DNA of 36,830 bases from an uncultured Pirellulaceae bacterium (GCA_947259675.1 CAMYNE010000001.1:2245-39074); one strand, 5' to 3'; positions 26,971 through 36,830 are shown, numbered from the stretch's first letter. Numbers and translations: made by a program. The notes: a model not told the origin generated them from the letters alone.

Positions 26971-29430
26971 CTAGACTGGATTCACGGATTCGGTAACCGC
27001 ACTGAGTTGTTTGTCCAATTCGTTCAATCGTTTCGTCAGTTCGAGTTGCTGGTCCTTTTCCAGTTGTACGTGCCCAAAGCGAACTTGATAAAACACCTCG
27101 GTAACATCGGTGATTGTCTTTTTGATTGAATCATTTGGATCAACCGGGGCCAACTTCGAAATTACGTCCAGGGCAAACTCTCGATGAGTCTCGGACGGCG
27201 AACGGGTATTTCCCGTTTTGTTCAATATCCGAGTTAGCCGGCGATAAAAGTCAGCTGAAATCTCCCGGGAAGTTCCGCCCATCACCCATTTGCCCAGTTC
27301 GGGTGAAATCAGGGACAGTGCACCTCCTAACAGCCGACGAATTCGACCCATCGTCGGTGTTTTCTGATGCTCTCGGGCTGTTTTGCCGCCTGGGTTTATC
27401 GTTTTAAACAAGCCGAACATCACGGCCAAAAGAACGAGTAGAAGTATGCCTGCGCGAAGGACAGGCCGTTGTTCAAGGACTTCCGACGTTACCTGAAACT
27501 TCTGATTCCAATTGGAGAGATCCAACAGCCCCAATAGGCGTGAAGATGGCGAATCAATAGCAAAATGGTCCTGATCCGAGGAGTCCAGGCCGAGCACATA
27601 ATCCTGCCAGAGTGTACGGGCCGACTCAATTGGATTACCTGACGAGTTTAGATTGCCCAACGCCGATTCGGGAGTTGGTTCCAGGCGTAACCAGGCACCG
27701 CCAGGTCCTGCGCTTTTTTCGGCGATCATCTTCTGCGAGCAGTCGTCCGGTCGCAAATACGCCTCGACCCAGGCATGAGCATGAGACTCGCGAACCATAT
27801 AGCACTTGGCGTCATCGTTAAATTCGCTGGCGTAGAATCCAACGACCAATCTGGCGGGAATTCCCTGGCTGCGGAGCATCAGCGTTAACGCCGATGCATA
27901 CAGTTCGCAATGTCCGCTACGATGATTACCAAAGAAATCCTCAATTGGATCGATGTCGTCGCGAAATTCGACGTTGGTGAAATCCAACGTATATTGAAAA
28001 AGACCGGGACGGGAAAAATACTGTTCCATGGCCTTCATTTGTTGCAGTCGATCCGACGGATTCTCGGCTCCAATTTGGTCGGCTATTTTGACGAGCGTTG
28101 GATATCGATCGCGATCACATTCCGTTAGCCAGCGATACTGACCCTGGTTGTAGGTGTGCATGGGCATATCGACGAACGCGACATGATCGGTAAGGTAGGG
28201 CCACGAATCGAACAATTGCCCATCGGAATCGTGGTAAGTCTTGAACGCATAAGAATAGGGGGTCGTTTCAATTCGGTCATTCCCTTTTCGACGACTGTAC
28301 GCCGAAATCTCAAAGCAATATTCAATCTCGCTCAGAGTTTTTTCTGACTGGTAAACGGGCATGGCTCCATAAATAAGCGGGTCCGTAGTTGGCTGGAGCG
28401 TGATCCGTTGACGAATCGCGTTTTGCCAATCGCCCGTTTCTCGAATTGCCTGATAAACCGAGGGGAAGACCCGGTCGTAAGGCGCCGTCCAGGTTGTTTT
28501 GTCGTCGACAATGGTGAGGTTCCCCAATGCCATCCCGCGAAAATAGACGGGTCCATTAAGTTGGTGTGCAACATACTCGTCTTTGCCAAGTCGCTTTTCG
28601 AACCAGACTCGCATTACCAATTTTGCAGATGGCTCGATAACGCCTCGCTCATTTAAGTCAACTTGTTTACTAATTCCTGTTGCACTCGTTTCAACAAAGC
28701 TGGGACCAAACCATGCTTGTTCGCCTCGCGGGATGGTGTAGAACAGCAGAGTCGAAAACAACAGCGACACACCCAGCCACAGAAACAGATGTTGAAACAC
28801 GCTACGATAACCGGCCAGCTGGTCGGAAACAGTATCAAATATAGCGATCGGACGATTGTGGTTGACCGCCAAGTTGCCAATGCTCGCCGTTGTCAAAGAA
28901 TCGTTTGATTGAGAAAGACGAGCGATATCCCTGGAAGCGAGCTGGTTTTGTTTGTAAATATTATCGTTGTTCGCATAAACAGATTGAAGTATTAGCGTAA
29001 CGCCTGCGACCAAGAAGTAAAACACAAACATTAAGCCGCCTTCGAAATTCAGATTGAAAATTGCCGCAACTACAATTTGCAGCAAACTCAACACCAGCAG
29101 TTGCCAATTCAATCGCGGCGTTTTCTCCTGAAACATCAAAACGGTTTGCAGGTAAACCAAGAGGTTGGAAACAGATACGAGTTTGCTGGCTCCATCACCT
29201 CCCAGAAAATCCTTCATCGCAAGGATCAAAACGATGACCGAAGCGATGTTGGCAAACAGACCGCGCAGTTGGAACCATTGTTTCCAGTCAGTCACGATAA
29301 AACCTGCGATCGCGCCAATGGCCGCGATGACTGTCAGTTCAATGTTTCGCTGACTGAGTCCAAGCAGCAAACCGCTGGTTAGAACCAACACTAACATTGA
29401 CACCTGGACCGCGCGTTTAATCGTCAGCAT
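26971..29430 (-). CDS. Membrane transglutaminase-like protein (TgpA/DUF3488 type)
   Basis: N-terminal multi-TM region; GHCELYAS, GIPARLVVG, HAWVEAY and LEPTP motifs; C-terminal TM and a DUF4129-like SETHREFA...FYQVRFG segment. Confidence 0.9.
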   Translation of the reverse strand: MLTIKRAVQVSMLVLVLTSGLLLGLSQRNIELTVIAAIGAIAGFIVTDWKQWFQLRGLFANIASVIVLILAMKDFLGGDGASKLVSVSNLLVYLQTVLMFQEKTPRLNWQLLVLSLLQIVVAAIFNLNFEGGLMFVFYFLVAGVTLILQSVYANNDNIYKQNQLASRDIARLSQSNDSLTTASIGNLAVNHNRPIAIFDTVSDQLAGYRSVFQHLFLWLGVSLLFSTLLFYTIPRGEQAWFGPSFVETSATGISKQVDLNERGVIEPSAKLVMRVWFEKRLGKDEYVAHQLNGPVYFRGMALGNLTIVDDKTTWTAPYDRVFPSVYQAIRETGDWQNAIRQRITLQPTTDPLIYGAMPVYQSEKTLSEIEYCFEISAYSRRKGNDRIETTPYSYAFKTYHDSDGQLFDSWPYLTDHVAFVDMPMHTYNQGQYRWLTECDRDRYPTLVKIADQIGAENPSDRLQQMKAMEQYFSRPGLFQYTLDFTNVEFRDDIDPIEDFFGNHRSGHCELYASALTLMLRSQGIPARLVVGFYASEFNDDAKCYMVRESHAHAWVEAYLRPDDCSQKMIAEKSAGPGGAWLRLEPTPESALGNLNSSGNPIESARTLWQDYVLGLDSSDQDHFAIDSPSSRLLGLLDLSNWNQKFQVTSEVLEQRPVLRAGILLLVLLAVMFGLFKTINPGGKTAREHQKTPTMGRIRRLLGGALSLISPELGKWVMGGTSREISADFYRRLTRILNKTGNTRSPSETHREFALDVISKLAPVDPNDSIKKTITDVTEVFYQVRFGHVQLEKDQQLELTKRLNELDKQLSAVTESVNPV

Positions 29431-30697
29431 CGCTCACCCATTTTTGTTGCAATTGCTGAATTTGCCGCTCATTGTTTTCCGAGTTCTCGGTAAACAATTC
29501 AGCGAACTCGGCAGATCGGACGTGGAGCCACCGTAAGATGGGCAATAAACTGGTCCGTTCCGACTCGGTCAGCCCCCACTTGGAGAACCCCTCGGGCCTT
29601 GCCCGAGAACTCACCACGTAAATCGGTGTTCCGGTTGAAACGCAGGAGGCAAGTTCGAGAATCGTACGACCAAGCGACTCACTCATCCCACCCCGAGCCA
29701 CGGCTAGTGAACGCATGATCTGCATGACAAGTTCATGTTGATACCGGCCGGTCAGGATTTCCGAAGAATTACCGCAAATCCCGAATGCAACCTGGCCCTG
29801 AACCGCGGTTCCCAGTTTCGCTAACACGGTCGAGGCGAAACTCAGCACCGTTTCGCATCGCGTTGACCAGCTATCGAATTCCGCAAACTCGCCATCGGTG
29901 AACAAATCCAGGACCATCGCCAGATCGCGATTACTTCGTTGATCAAACTGTCTAACCATCGGCTGGCCCAGTTTTGCGGAAGTCCGCCAGTGGATATGCC
30001 GCCGATTGTCTCCCGATCTCCATTCCCGAAGAGCATAAAACTCGTCTTCTTCGATTCCACGACGTCGTTTTAGCGCTTCGGACCCCGCCGCAACCGATTG
30101 CAATCGCCGATCCCAGCTGGCACTCAGGGTTCCAATGCGTGGAAAGACAATCAACGAGCGTGGCATTCCGAGATTGGCGTGACAACGCATCAAACCAAAG
30201 GGAAACGTCGTCGATAAGACTGCGTTTTTGACTTTGTAGATTCCACGGTTCGAAAAAAGCGTCTTGTACGATACGTAGGATGACTGCCCAATGCAGATCT
30301 GGGGGAAGCTGACTGACGTACGAACGAGATCGCGTTTGCGGTCTTTCTTGATCCTGTCGTCAGGGTCTTCCGACCGTTGCAGCGTATCGGAGATCAAAAT
30401 GTTCCATGCATTCAACCGAGAGCTGGTGTTACGACACTCCCATTGGAAGTTCACGATCTGCCCGGCATGAATATGCTGTGGGACGATCCGTTTGCAAATC
30501 AGCGATTTAAGGTTGTGTAATTGCGACCGCCAACTCAGAAGCAGCGGTGCGATCATCATGCCCGCCAGAACGACGAGGAGGTTGACGCTCCGCAAGATCG
30601 CACTGACGGTGATGAAGGCCAGAATCACGACAAACACCCATCCTTCAGGCGTCAGCCGGATGTGGAGTCGGCACTTCTTGGCGGATTCGTTGGCCAC
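29417..30697 (-). CDS. DUF58 family protein (vWA-like, MoxR-associated)
   Basis: Two N-terminal TM helices, FPFGL, and EFYALREWRSGDNRRHIHWRTSAK. GTG 30697 is chosen because the 30931 start overlaps moxR by more than 200 bp. Confidence 0.88.
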   Translation of the reverse strand: MANESAKKCRLHIRLTPEGWVFVVILAFITVSAILRSVNLLVVLAGMMIAPLLLSWRSQLHNLKSLICKRIVPQHIHAGQIVNFQWECRNTSSRLNAWNILISDTLQRSEDPDDRIKKDRKRDLVRTSVSFPQICIGQSSYVSYKTLFSNRGIYKVKNAVLSTTFPFGLMRCHANLGMPRSLIVFPRIGTLSASWDRRLQSVAAGSEALKRRRGIEEDEFYALREWRSGDNRRHIHWRTSAKLGQPMVRQFDQRSNRDLAMVLDLFTDGEFAEFDSWSTRCETVLSFASTVLAKLGTAVQGQVAFGICGNSSEILTGRYQHELVMQIMRSLAVARGGMSESLGRTILELASCVSTGTPIYVVSSRARPEGFSKWGLTESERTSLLPILRWLHVRSAEFAELFTENSENNERQIQQLQQKWVSDADD

Positions 30698-30707
30698 AAT
30701 AAACCGA

Positions 30708-31739
30708 TTACGTCGGAAGCGGGATTTGACTGATAATTTCGTTGATGATTTGCTCAACGCGGTCCCTTTGCGCGCCTTGCATGATACCCGTCGCCTGAAC
30801 CCGATGGGCCAAAACCGCGACGGCCAGGTTTTTGGAATCATCTGGTACGGCAAAATCGCGATGGTCAACGAATGCCATCGACTGTGTCGCTCGATACCAG
30901 AGCAATGCTCCACGGGTACTGACACCGACACTCAAATCAGGCGTATTTCGCGTGGCTTCGACGACATTCAACATGTATTGGATAATTGACTCGTCGATTT
31001 TGACTTCCCGAACGGCCGCTTGAAACTCGAGAACACGTCGCCAATCACAAACAGGTTGAAGTTGATCAACCGGCTGACCGGAACGATGACTGTTCAAAAT
31101 CTCGGTTTCCGCTTTTCGCTCGGGATAGCCCATCGAAAATCGCAACAAGAAGCGATCCAGCTGACTTTCGGGAAGCACGTACGTCCCCTCAAATTCAAAT
31201 GGATTTTGGGTCGCAATCACCATGAACGGGTCCGGCAGTTCATGTGTGATCCCGTCCACACTGACCTGCTGATCACTCATCGCCTCAAGAAGTGCACTTT
31301 GAGTTCGGGGCGGGGCACGATTGACTTCGTCCGCCAGGACAAAATTGTTGAAGATGGCACCGCGATTGAATACGAAATGATTCTTGGTCGAATCAAACAC
31401 AGAGCTACCGACAATATCGCTGGGAAGTAGATCGGGCGTAAATTGAATTCGCGAAAAAGTCCCATCAACACTTCTTGAGAGCGCCTTTCCAAGCAACGTC
31501 TTGCCAACGCCAGGCACATCTTCCAGCAAAACATGCTCGCCAGCGAGAAGAGCGACAAGGCAAAGTCGAGCCTGGTCGCGTTTTCCCATCACGACGCTGG
31601 TGACGTTCTCGAGCAACGCCTGGCAACTGCGATACAAGTCGCCAAGTGTATTGCGATCGTGAACGACTTGGGTCGCGTCTTTCGTATCCAAAGTCCGCCC
31701 GCTCCTGGAATCGGTGCCAGGTTGCGCATACTGCGACAA
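30708..31739 (-). CDS. moxR: MoxR family AAA+ ATPase
   Basis: LLEDVPGVGKT, RIQFTPDLLPSD, LADEVNRAPPRTQSALLEAM, ATQNP and LPESQLDRF motifs. Confidence 0.95.
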   Translation of the reverse strand: MSQYAQPGTDSRSGRTLDTKDATQVVHDRNTLGDLYRSCQALLENVTSVVMGKRDQARLCLVALLAGEHVLLEDVPGVGKTLLGKALSRSVDGTFSRIQFTPDLLPSDIVGSSVFDSTKNHFVFNRGAIFNNFVLADEVNRAPPRTQSALLEAMSDQQVSVDGITHELPDPFMVIATQNPFEFEGTYVLPESQLDRFLLRFSMGYPERKAETEILNSHRSGQPVDQLQPVCDWRRVLEFQAAVREVKIDESIIQYMLNVVEATRNTPDLSVGVSTRGALLWYRATQSMAFVDHRDFAVPDDSKNLAVAVLAHRVQATGIMQGAQRDRVEQIINEIISQIPLPT

Positions 31740-31851
31740 CCACCTGAGAAACCTATATGTTAGCGATTGCGAGGCCGGAAGGGAACGAGTTTCGGCGAAA
31801 CGCTCGTCTGCAAGTGTGAAACTCTAGTTGAGAAGAGCCATCAAACCAGGA

Positions 31852-32103
31852 TTATTTGACAAGGAATTCGTCCGTCCGCCAAGGAAAGCCAAACGGGAAA
31901 TCACCGAAGGTACGCAATTCGAACGCCAAAAGAATCGTGGCAAGGCTGACACAGATCAATGAAATCAACAACATGACTTCAAAGACGTTCATATCGAGCA
32001 ACTTGGACTTGGTCTTTGGTTGATCCAACTCGTCAGAAGTTTGACCGATTGACTCAGTGTTGTCGGTCATTTCTTCGTATTCAGTGGCTTGCGACATGGT
32101 CAC
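31852..32103 (-). CDS. Small single-TM membrane protein
   Basis: Acidic N-terminus followed by NVFEVMLLISLICVSLATILLAFELRTF. Confidence 0.7.
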   Translation of the reverse strand: MTMSQATEYEEMTDNTESIGQTSDELDQPKTKSKLLDMNVFEVMLLISLICVSLATILLAFELRTFGDFPFGFPWRTDEFLVK

Positions 32104-32123
32104 ACCCGGTGCTGGTCAGTTAG

Positions 32124-32330
32124 TTAGTATTTGTCCGCTTCCATGAACAACACGATGGCCGCGATCATCAAAAAGACGAAGGATAGGATCAGCATCACGG
32201 AATAGATGCTAAACCCTCTTTGGCGATATTGTGGCGCGGCCGGCAATCCGGGAGCTTCCATTTCTGGTTGATCATAAGTCTCTTCAAAGCCAACTTCACC
32301 GGTTTCGAATTCAGAATTTAGTTGTGACAT
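32124..32330 (-). CDS. Small single-TM membrane protein, paralog-like to 31852-32103
   Basis: Acidic N-terminus followed by SIYSVMLILSFVFLMIAAIVLFMEADKY; ATG at 32330. Confidence 0.7.
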   Translation of the reverse strand: MSQLNSEFETGEVGFEETYDQPEMEAPGLPAAPQYRQRGFSIYSVMLILSFVFLMIAAIVLFMEADKY

Positions 32331-33129
32331 GATCACCTTCCTGAACTAAATCCCGACGAAAGTCCGGTGAAATACGAGCCGCCGATTTGTCGAACTCTGC
32401 AATCGTGACAACTGCTTTTCCGATGTATCGGTCACCTCGGAAGATGTCGAGGACATGACCCTCTCGAATTCCGTCGTCCGTACCCAGACTGACAACAACA
32501 ACATCATCTCGAACACCCTGGACCACACCATTCACTTCGGGTGGGATGTGACTCGTCAATGCATCATCACGCAAGCCGTGAGCTTTCATGACTTTTGTTT
32601 TCTTGGCAAGCTCTTCCGTCAAATCGCGCGCCAGTTGCTCTTTTTGTTCGTTGACACCCTCTGCTTCGAAAACTTTGTTCGTCAGGTTAACGACAGAAGT
32701 TCGCTGCGCGGCAACGTCGTCGACCAGCTTTGAATTCTGGAGTTTAAGTTCGGCGATTTCTGTGTCTTGTTGTGCCAACCGCCGTTCGGCTTCACCCATT
32801 CTCTGAAGTCGATCCTGACTGATAGACAACTCCTTAAACAGCTGCTCTTCCTTTTCGTTACGATTCTGAATCGCAACTGCCAATTGAGATTCCAATTGCG
32901 AAAGTTGGAATGCTCTGGAAACGCGTTCCGCGTTCAACAGCTTCTCTTTTTCCGAAGTCGAACTCGTTGCTTCCTGTAGCAAGGCTTGGAACCGGTCGGC
33001 CGCTTCCTTGTTTTGCGTGGCAGTCTGTTTCCAGTTTCGGTGTGAGGCGCCCACCATCACGGCAATCACCAGGAAGCAAATGCTCATGAAGAAAATCAGC
33101 AAAGTGAAAATCTTTCCCATCAAGTTCAT
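32311..33129 (-). CDS. Membrane-anchored coiled-coil protein with small C-terminal beta domain
   Basis: N-terminal TM helix, about 150-aa heptad region, and a C-terminal VVVSLGTDDGIREGHVLDIFRGDRYIGKAVV segment. Confidence 0.8.
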   Translation of the reverse strand: MNLMGKIFTLLIFFMSICFLVIAVMVGASHRNWKQTATQNKEAADRFQALLQEATSSTSEKEKLLNAERVSRAFQLSQLESQLAVAIQNRNEKEEQLFKELSISQDRLQRMGEAERRLAQQDTEIAELKLQNSKLVDDVAAQRTSVVNLTNKVFEAEGVNEQKEQLARDLTEELAKKTKVMKAHGLRDDALTSHIPPEVNGVVQGVRDDVVVVSLGTDDGIREGHVLDIFRGDRYIGKAVVTIAEFDKSAARISPDFRRDLVQEGDHVTTKF

Positions 33130-33585
33130 CAGAATACCTCTATCGTGACGGTTGGTATTTGGGTGGGGTCTTGTGTTCCAAAAGCAATTATTTCAGATCC
33201 GCCCTTTCAGGAGATCAGAAATTGTCGTTTTTTTTATTGGGAAGAAAATCACAGACGAACAACTTGCCCGCTCTACGCTTTTGCCCCAAATTGTGGCGGA
33301 TGCCGCTACCCCAAGTATAGTTACCCTAGAAAAAAGGTGTCAACGAAAACGTTGGAAAACCTGAGTCCCATCTCGGAATACAATGCAACTGAATCATCAT
33401 CGACCACCAACGGTTTTTGACCCAATTTTCCAGTAAGAACCGTCATGATCGGACAATTATTGATGTTTTTACGCGAATCACTTAGTCGACCGCGAAAACC
33501 GCTAGAATCGATACCGGGCCAAAGGGTGGTTTATCGCGTTTCAAGATTTGCGTGAAGCCAACCACCAGTTGATTTCGGAGACAAA

Positions 33586-33933
33586 ATGCTGCTTCCCAAA
33601 TATACAATTCGTCAGCTTTTGATTGGCATGGTCGGCGTTGCGCTCGTCTGTATGGTTCTGGGGTTTGCAGCGCGGGGCAACGTGGTGGCCCACGGAATGG
33701 GGCTGGCGATCGTTGGTCTGTTTGTTCCCGTCGCGATCTACGCGGCAGTCTATTGGACAGTTTTGGCATTCTCCAAGGCCCTCCCCGGAGGACAGACGCC
33801 TGAAGCGATGACCGAAAGAACAACCTTGACGAGTTCGTCAAATCCTCTTTCGAACCCAAGTGAACATCCTTCTCGCGATCAGCCAGATGCCACGCCCAAT
33901 TCCGAGTCTTCGAAATCACAGTCATCAACGTAG
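33586..33933 (+). CDS. Small 2-TM membrane protein
   Basis: N-terminal PKYTIRQLL (resembles the planctomycete F/Y-S/T-I/L-R-x-LL start), two TM helices and a Ser-rich tail; GGAG RBS. Confidence 0.7.
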   Translation: MLLPKYTIRQLLIGMVGVALVCMVLGFAARGNVVAHGMGLAIVGLFVPVAIYAAVYWTVLAFSKALPGGQTPEAMTERTTLTSSSNPLSNPSEHPSRDQPDATPNSESSKSQSST

Positions 33934-33965
33934 TTGAATTCCACGGAACCATTCGAAAGAAAGTC

Positions 33966-36224
33966 ATGAACTTCACTAACCGTGCTGTCCCGTTTGTGGT
34001 CCTCGCGATTTACCTGGGATTCGGATTCGCAACCCCGACAACGGCACAGCCGACGGCGAATCGCATCCAGGTCAAGATTGAGGATCAGTGGATTAATTCG
34101 AATTTTGGATACAAACGAGTCAAGGTTACGATCTCGTTGAAACCCGCCAAACCGTTGAGCGAGACGGTGGAATTCAACGTCGTCGCCAGGGCATTGGGGA
34201 ACGGACAAGACGTTGCCGTCGTGACCAAACCGATCATCCTCGAAGCAGGTAAAACGTCTGTCGAAGTTGAACTCTATGTCCCGCTTTCTTCCAAAATGTC
34301 TTACGGCTACAACACTGTCATTCACGTGGAAAGTGATGGCAGTCTGACGTTCAATCCAGGCCAAGACCTGGCGATGAAGTACACAAGTACGAATTACTAC
34401 GGTGCTCCTCCTGGGATGCCAACCCTGTTGGTTGTCTCTTCCTCCGTTTCATCAAATATGGCCTCCAACTATGTCAAAACAAGGAGAAAGATGTTTCGTG
34501 AGTTGGGAGGCGATGCGTTGACAATCGACGAAACCAAGTTTCCATCGATCCATGAACTTTATGACTACTATCAAGACATTCAAAATCAAATTGGAACCGT
34601 GAACAAGAATCCTACCGCGGCTGACATGCTCCAGTCGACGTCGATTCACGCGATCGCTCCCAAAGACGTCCCGCGTTCCTGGCTTGGTTTATCTTCGGTC
34701 GAGATAGTTTTGATGTCTCACAGCGACCTCTCTATCGTCGCGAAGGACACCCAACAAATAGTGGCGCTGCGAAAATGGATTGCTGCCGGGGGTAGTTTGA
34801 TTGTCTTCGATTGCGGCAAGGACTTGGAAAACGCACAAAGCGCTCGCCAACTCGTCGACGGCAACAACTCGATGTCCGCGGAACGAAAAGACCCCTGGCT
34901 GGTTCCTGGAGCACTTCTCAAGGGTTTGAAGAATTTCGTGGTTCATGAGGACACTACCGGTATGGTGTACTATCAATCAAACACAGTCATGAGCAACAAC
35001 TCAGTATCCGAGAAAGCGTCTCAAAAAAAAGCTCGCTCGGATTGGACAACGCTGGAACCAGGCTCCAATTTGGGTGACAAGGTCCGCGAGCTGGGTACTC
35101 AATTTGCCATATTCAAATATGTTCTCGGTCGGGTAACCGTGGTCAATGACGACCTGCAAAACTGGAAGCAGGACCAATGGAAATTGCTTTTCAACGCCTC
35201 AATGATCGAAGGTCGCACAATCCGCGAGCGATTCGGGGACGGCTCAGCGGAGATTCCGTCGACGACGATGGCCATTGCGGATGTCGGACAACCTCCGATC
35301 AACGGATTCAAAGTTCTTATCGGCCTGTTTGTTCTCCTGGTTGGTCCGATCAGTTACTTCATCTTGAAGAAACAACGCCGGTTACAGCTTCTGTTCGCCG
35401 TCGTTCCGATTATCAGCCTGATGGCCTGTCTGGGGTTGATGATGTTCGCAATCTTATCAGATGGCTTTCAAAATCGCGGTAGAATCAGATCGTTCACGGC
35501 CATTGATCACTCACGCCAACACGCAGTTTCGTTTTCGCGTCACTCTCACTATCAGGGCATTCAACCGAAAGCCTACAGCTTTGGACCGGACGAAGCGGTT
35601 TTCAATTCCAAAGCATGGTCGAGTCCCCGGTCCATCTATCGCCAAAGCAACGATGGTGTGACGCTTAATGGCGGTGACATCCGTCCTCGAATGCCGCACC
35701 AGTTTGTCTCAGTGAACAGCTTCAAGACCGAGCAATCACTCGTCATCCTTGCCGGCAACGAAGAAACCACCCCGAAAGTTCGCAACCAGTTCGACGCGAC
35801 GGTGCGCCTCGCCGTCTTTACAACCCCGTCCGGAAGTTTCACGATCGAAAATCTGGCTCCTGGCGAAATAGCCACGGCAGTACCGCTCGAACAGAGCGAA
35901 AAGAAACTTAACAATTCCGATGTGGCTTACGAATTTCGCAACGTGTTGAATCAACTCTCGCCGGATGTGAGAGACGAGTTCCTCCAGTTATCTGCTTATT
36001 CAGATCATACATATGGCTATTATTATCCGAAGAACAGCGTAACCAACGATGAAAAATTTGAAGCCGATTTAAAATGGAATCAAGCAACAGCCCGCTCCCT
36101 CAAATATTTTGTTCAACATCCGGGGCATTATTTGGCCATTTTGGAGGACTATTCGGATGTGACCATTCCCCAGGAAAACATCGACTACAAGAACAAGGTG
36201 CATCTGATACATGGAAAATGGTAA
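33966..36224 (+). CDS. Large exported/membrane protein associated with an ABC transporter
   Basis: Signal peptide, a central LRKWIAAGGSLIV (GATase1-like fold pattern) and two TM helices (LFVLLVGPISYFIL...); its 3' end overlaps the ABC ATPase start. Confidence 0.75.
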   Translation: MNFTNRAVPFVVLAIYLGFGFATPTTAQPTANRIQVKIEDQWINSNFGYKRVKVTISLKPAKPLSETVEFNVVARALGNGQDVAVVTKPIILEAGKTSVEVELYVPLSSKMSYGYNTVIHVESDGSLTFNPGQDLAMKYTSTNYYGAPPGMPTLLVVSSSVSSNMASNYVKTRRKMFRELGGDALTIDETKFPSIHELYDYYQDIQNQIGTVNKNPTAADMLQSTSIHAIAPKDVPRSWLGLSSVEIVLMSHSDLSIVAKDTQQIVALRKWIAAGGSLIVFDCGKDLENAQSARQLVDGNNSMSAERKDPWLVPGALLKGLKNFVVHEDTTGMVYYQSNTVMSNNSVSEKASQKKARSDWTTLEPGSNLGDKVRELGTQFAIFKYVLGRVTVVNDDLQNWKQDQWKLLFNASMIEGRTIRERFGDGSAEIPSTTMAIADVGQPPINGFKVLIGLFVLLVGPISYFILKKQRRLQLLFAVVPIISLMACLGLMMFAILSDGFQNRGRIRSFTAIDHSRQHAVSFSRHSHYQGIQPKAYSFGPDEAVFNSKAWSSPRSIYRQSNDGVTLNGGDIRPRMPHQFVSVNSFKTEQSLVILAGNEETTPKVRNQFDATVRLAVFTTPSGSFTIENLAPGEIATAVPLEQSEKKLNNSDVAYEFRNVLNQLSPDVRDEFLQLSAYSDHTYGYYYPKNSVTNDEKFEADLKWNQATARSLKYFVQHPGHYLAILEDYSDVTIPQENIDYKNKVHLIHGKW

Positions 36225-36830
36225 ACCAGATTCTGACCAGACTGCGATTTGGTTGAACAAAGTCAGCCGCTGGTTCGGAGCTACCTGCGCCGCTGATCGA
36301 GTATCGTTTGACGTTCGACCAGCTGAGGTGTTCGGATTCATCGGCCCCAACGGCGCAGGAAAAACGACCAGTATGCGAATCCTGGCGACGCTGGACATGC
36401 CAACCGAAGGTGAGGCGTGGATCGACGGCTTTTCGGTGATCGACGATCCTGACCGTGTTCGGCGAAGACTTGGATTCATGCCTGACGGATTCGGAACGTA
36501 TGCCGATGTGAACTGCGAAGAATATCTCGACTTTTTTGCCCGGGCTTACGGTTTGCGTGGAAATGCACGTTTGAGTGCGCTGCGGGAAGTGATGGGTTTC
36601 ACGCAACTTGATCAAATGGCGAACAAACCTGTCAACGGTTTGTCCAAAGGGATGAAACAACGGTTGTGCCTGGGACGGGCGTTGATTCATGATCCGAAAG
36701 TCCTGATTCTGGATGAACCCGCTGCCGGCCTTGATCCCCGCGCCCGGATTGAGCTGAGGGATATGATTCGGGAACTCGCTTCACGCGGCAAATCGATACT
36801 TGTCAGCAGTCATATCCTGACCGAGCTGGC
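36211..36830 (+). CDS. ABC transporter ATP-binding protein (3' end runs off the window)
   Basis: Manual translation from ATG 36211 gives MENGKPDS...GFIGPNGAGKTT, signature LSKGMKQR, Walker B VLILDEP and H-loop SSH. Confidence 0.95.
   Translation, partial: MENGKPDSDQTAIWLNKVSRWFGATCAADRVSFDVRPAEVFGFIGPNGAGKTTSMRILATLDMPTEGEAWIDGFSVIDDPDRVRRRLGFMPDGFGTYADVNCEEYLDFFARAYGLRGNARLSALREVMGFTQLDQMANKPVNGLSKGMKQRLCLGRALIHDPKVLILDEPAAGLDPRARIELRDMIRELASRGKSILVSSHILTEL

Noticed and set aside
30698-30931. N-terminal extension of the DUF58 ORF
   Set aside because: Overlaps the moxR 3' end by more than 200 bp; the GTG at 30697 gives a normal arrangement.
36069-36690. Minus-strand ORFs of 136 and 196 aa
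   Set aside because: Antisense shadows of the ABC ATPase gene.

Overview
A gene-dense chromosomal window that reads as Planctomycetota (probably Pirellulales). This assignment is inferred from the sulfatase, the eukaryote-like Ser/Thr kinase, the DUF11 protein, the split coaC/coaB and the small planctomycete-type membrane proteins. Housekeeping genes: surE (cut by the left edge), rbgA, dnaE, and a tpiA-secG-yicC-gmk-rpoZ-coaC-coaB run. Accessory genes: an arylsulfatase, a multi-pass membrane Ser/Thr kinase, an EamA/DMT transporter, a gamma-glutamyltranspeptidase fused to a TPR domain, a PaaK/CapK-like adenylate-forming enzyme, a DUF11 protein and a serine hydrolase. There is also a minus-strand cluster (coiled-coil protein, two paralogous small membrane proteins, MoxR, DUF58, transglutaminase) facing away from an ABC-transporter locus that is cut by the right edge. 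I found no tRNA, rRNA, CRISPR array or transposase. The most notable signals are: (i) a GTAG-type REP/REPIN-like element flanked by an 18-20 bp direct repeat; (ii) a heme-peroxidase C-terminal remnant exactly in frame behind the GGT-TPR amber stop; (iii) the GGT-TPR fusion itself; (iv) a structured ~215-nt leader ending in an intrinsic terminator just upstream of coaC, a candidate CoA-pathway attenuator or riboswitch; (v) an 18-bp tandem repeat in the acidic tail of SecG. All calls come from motif reading by eye; no searches or folding programs were run.
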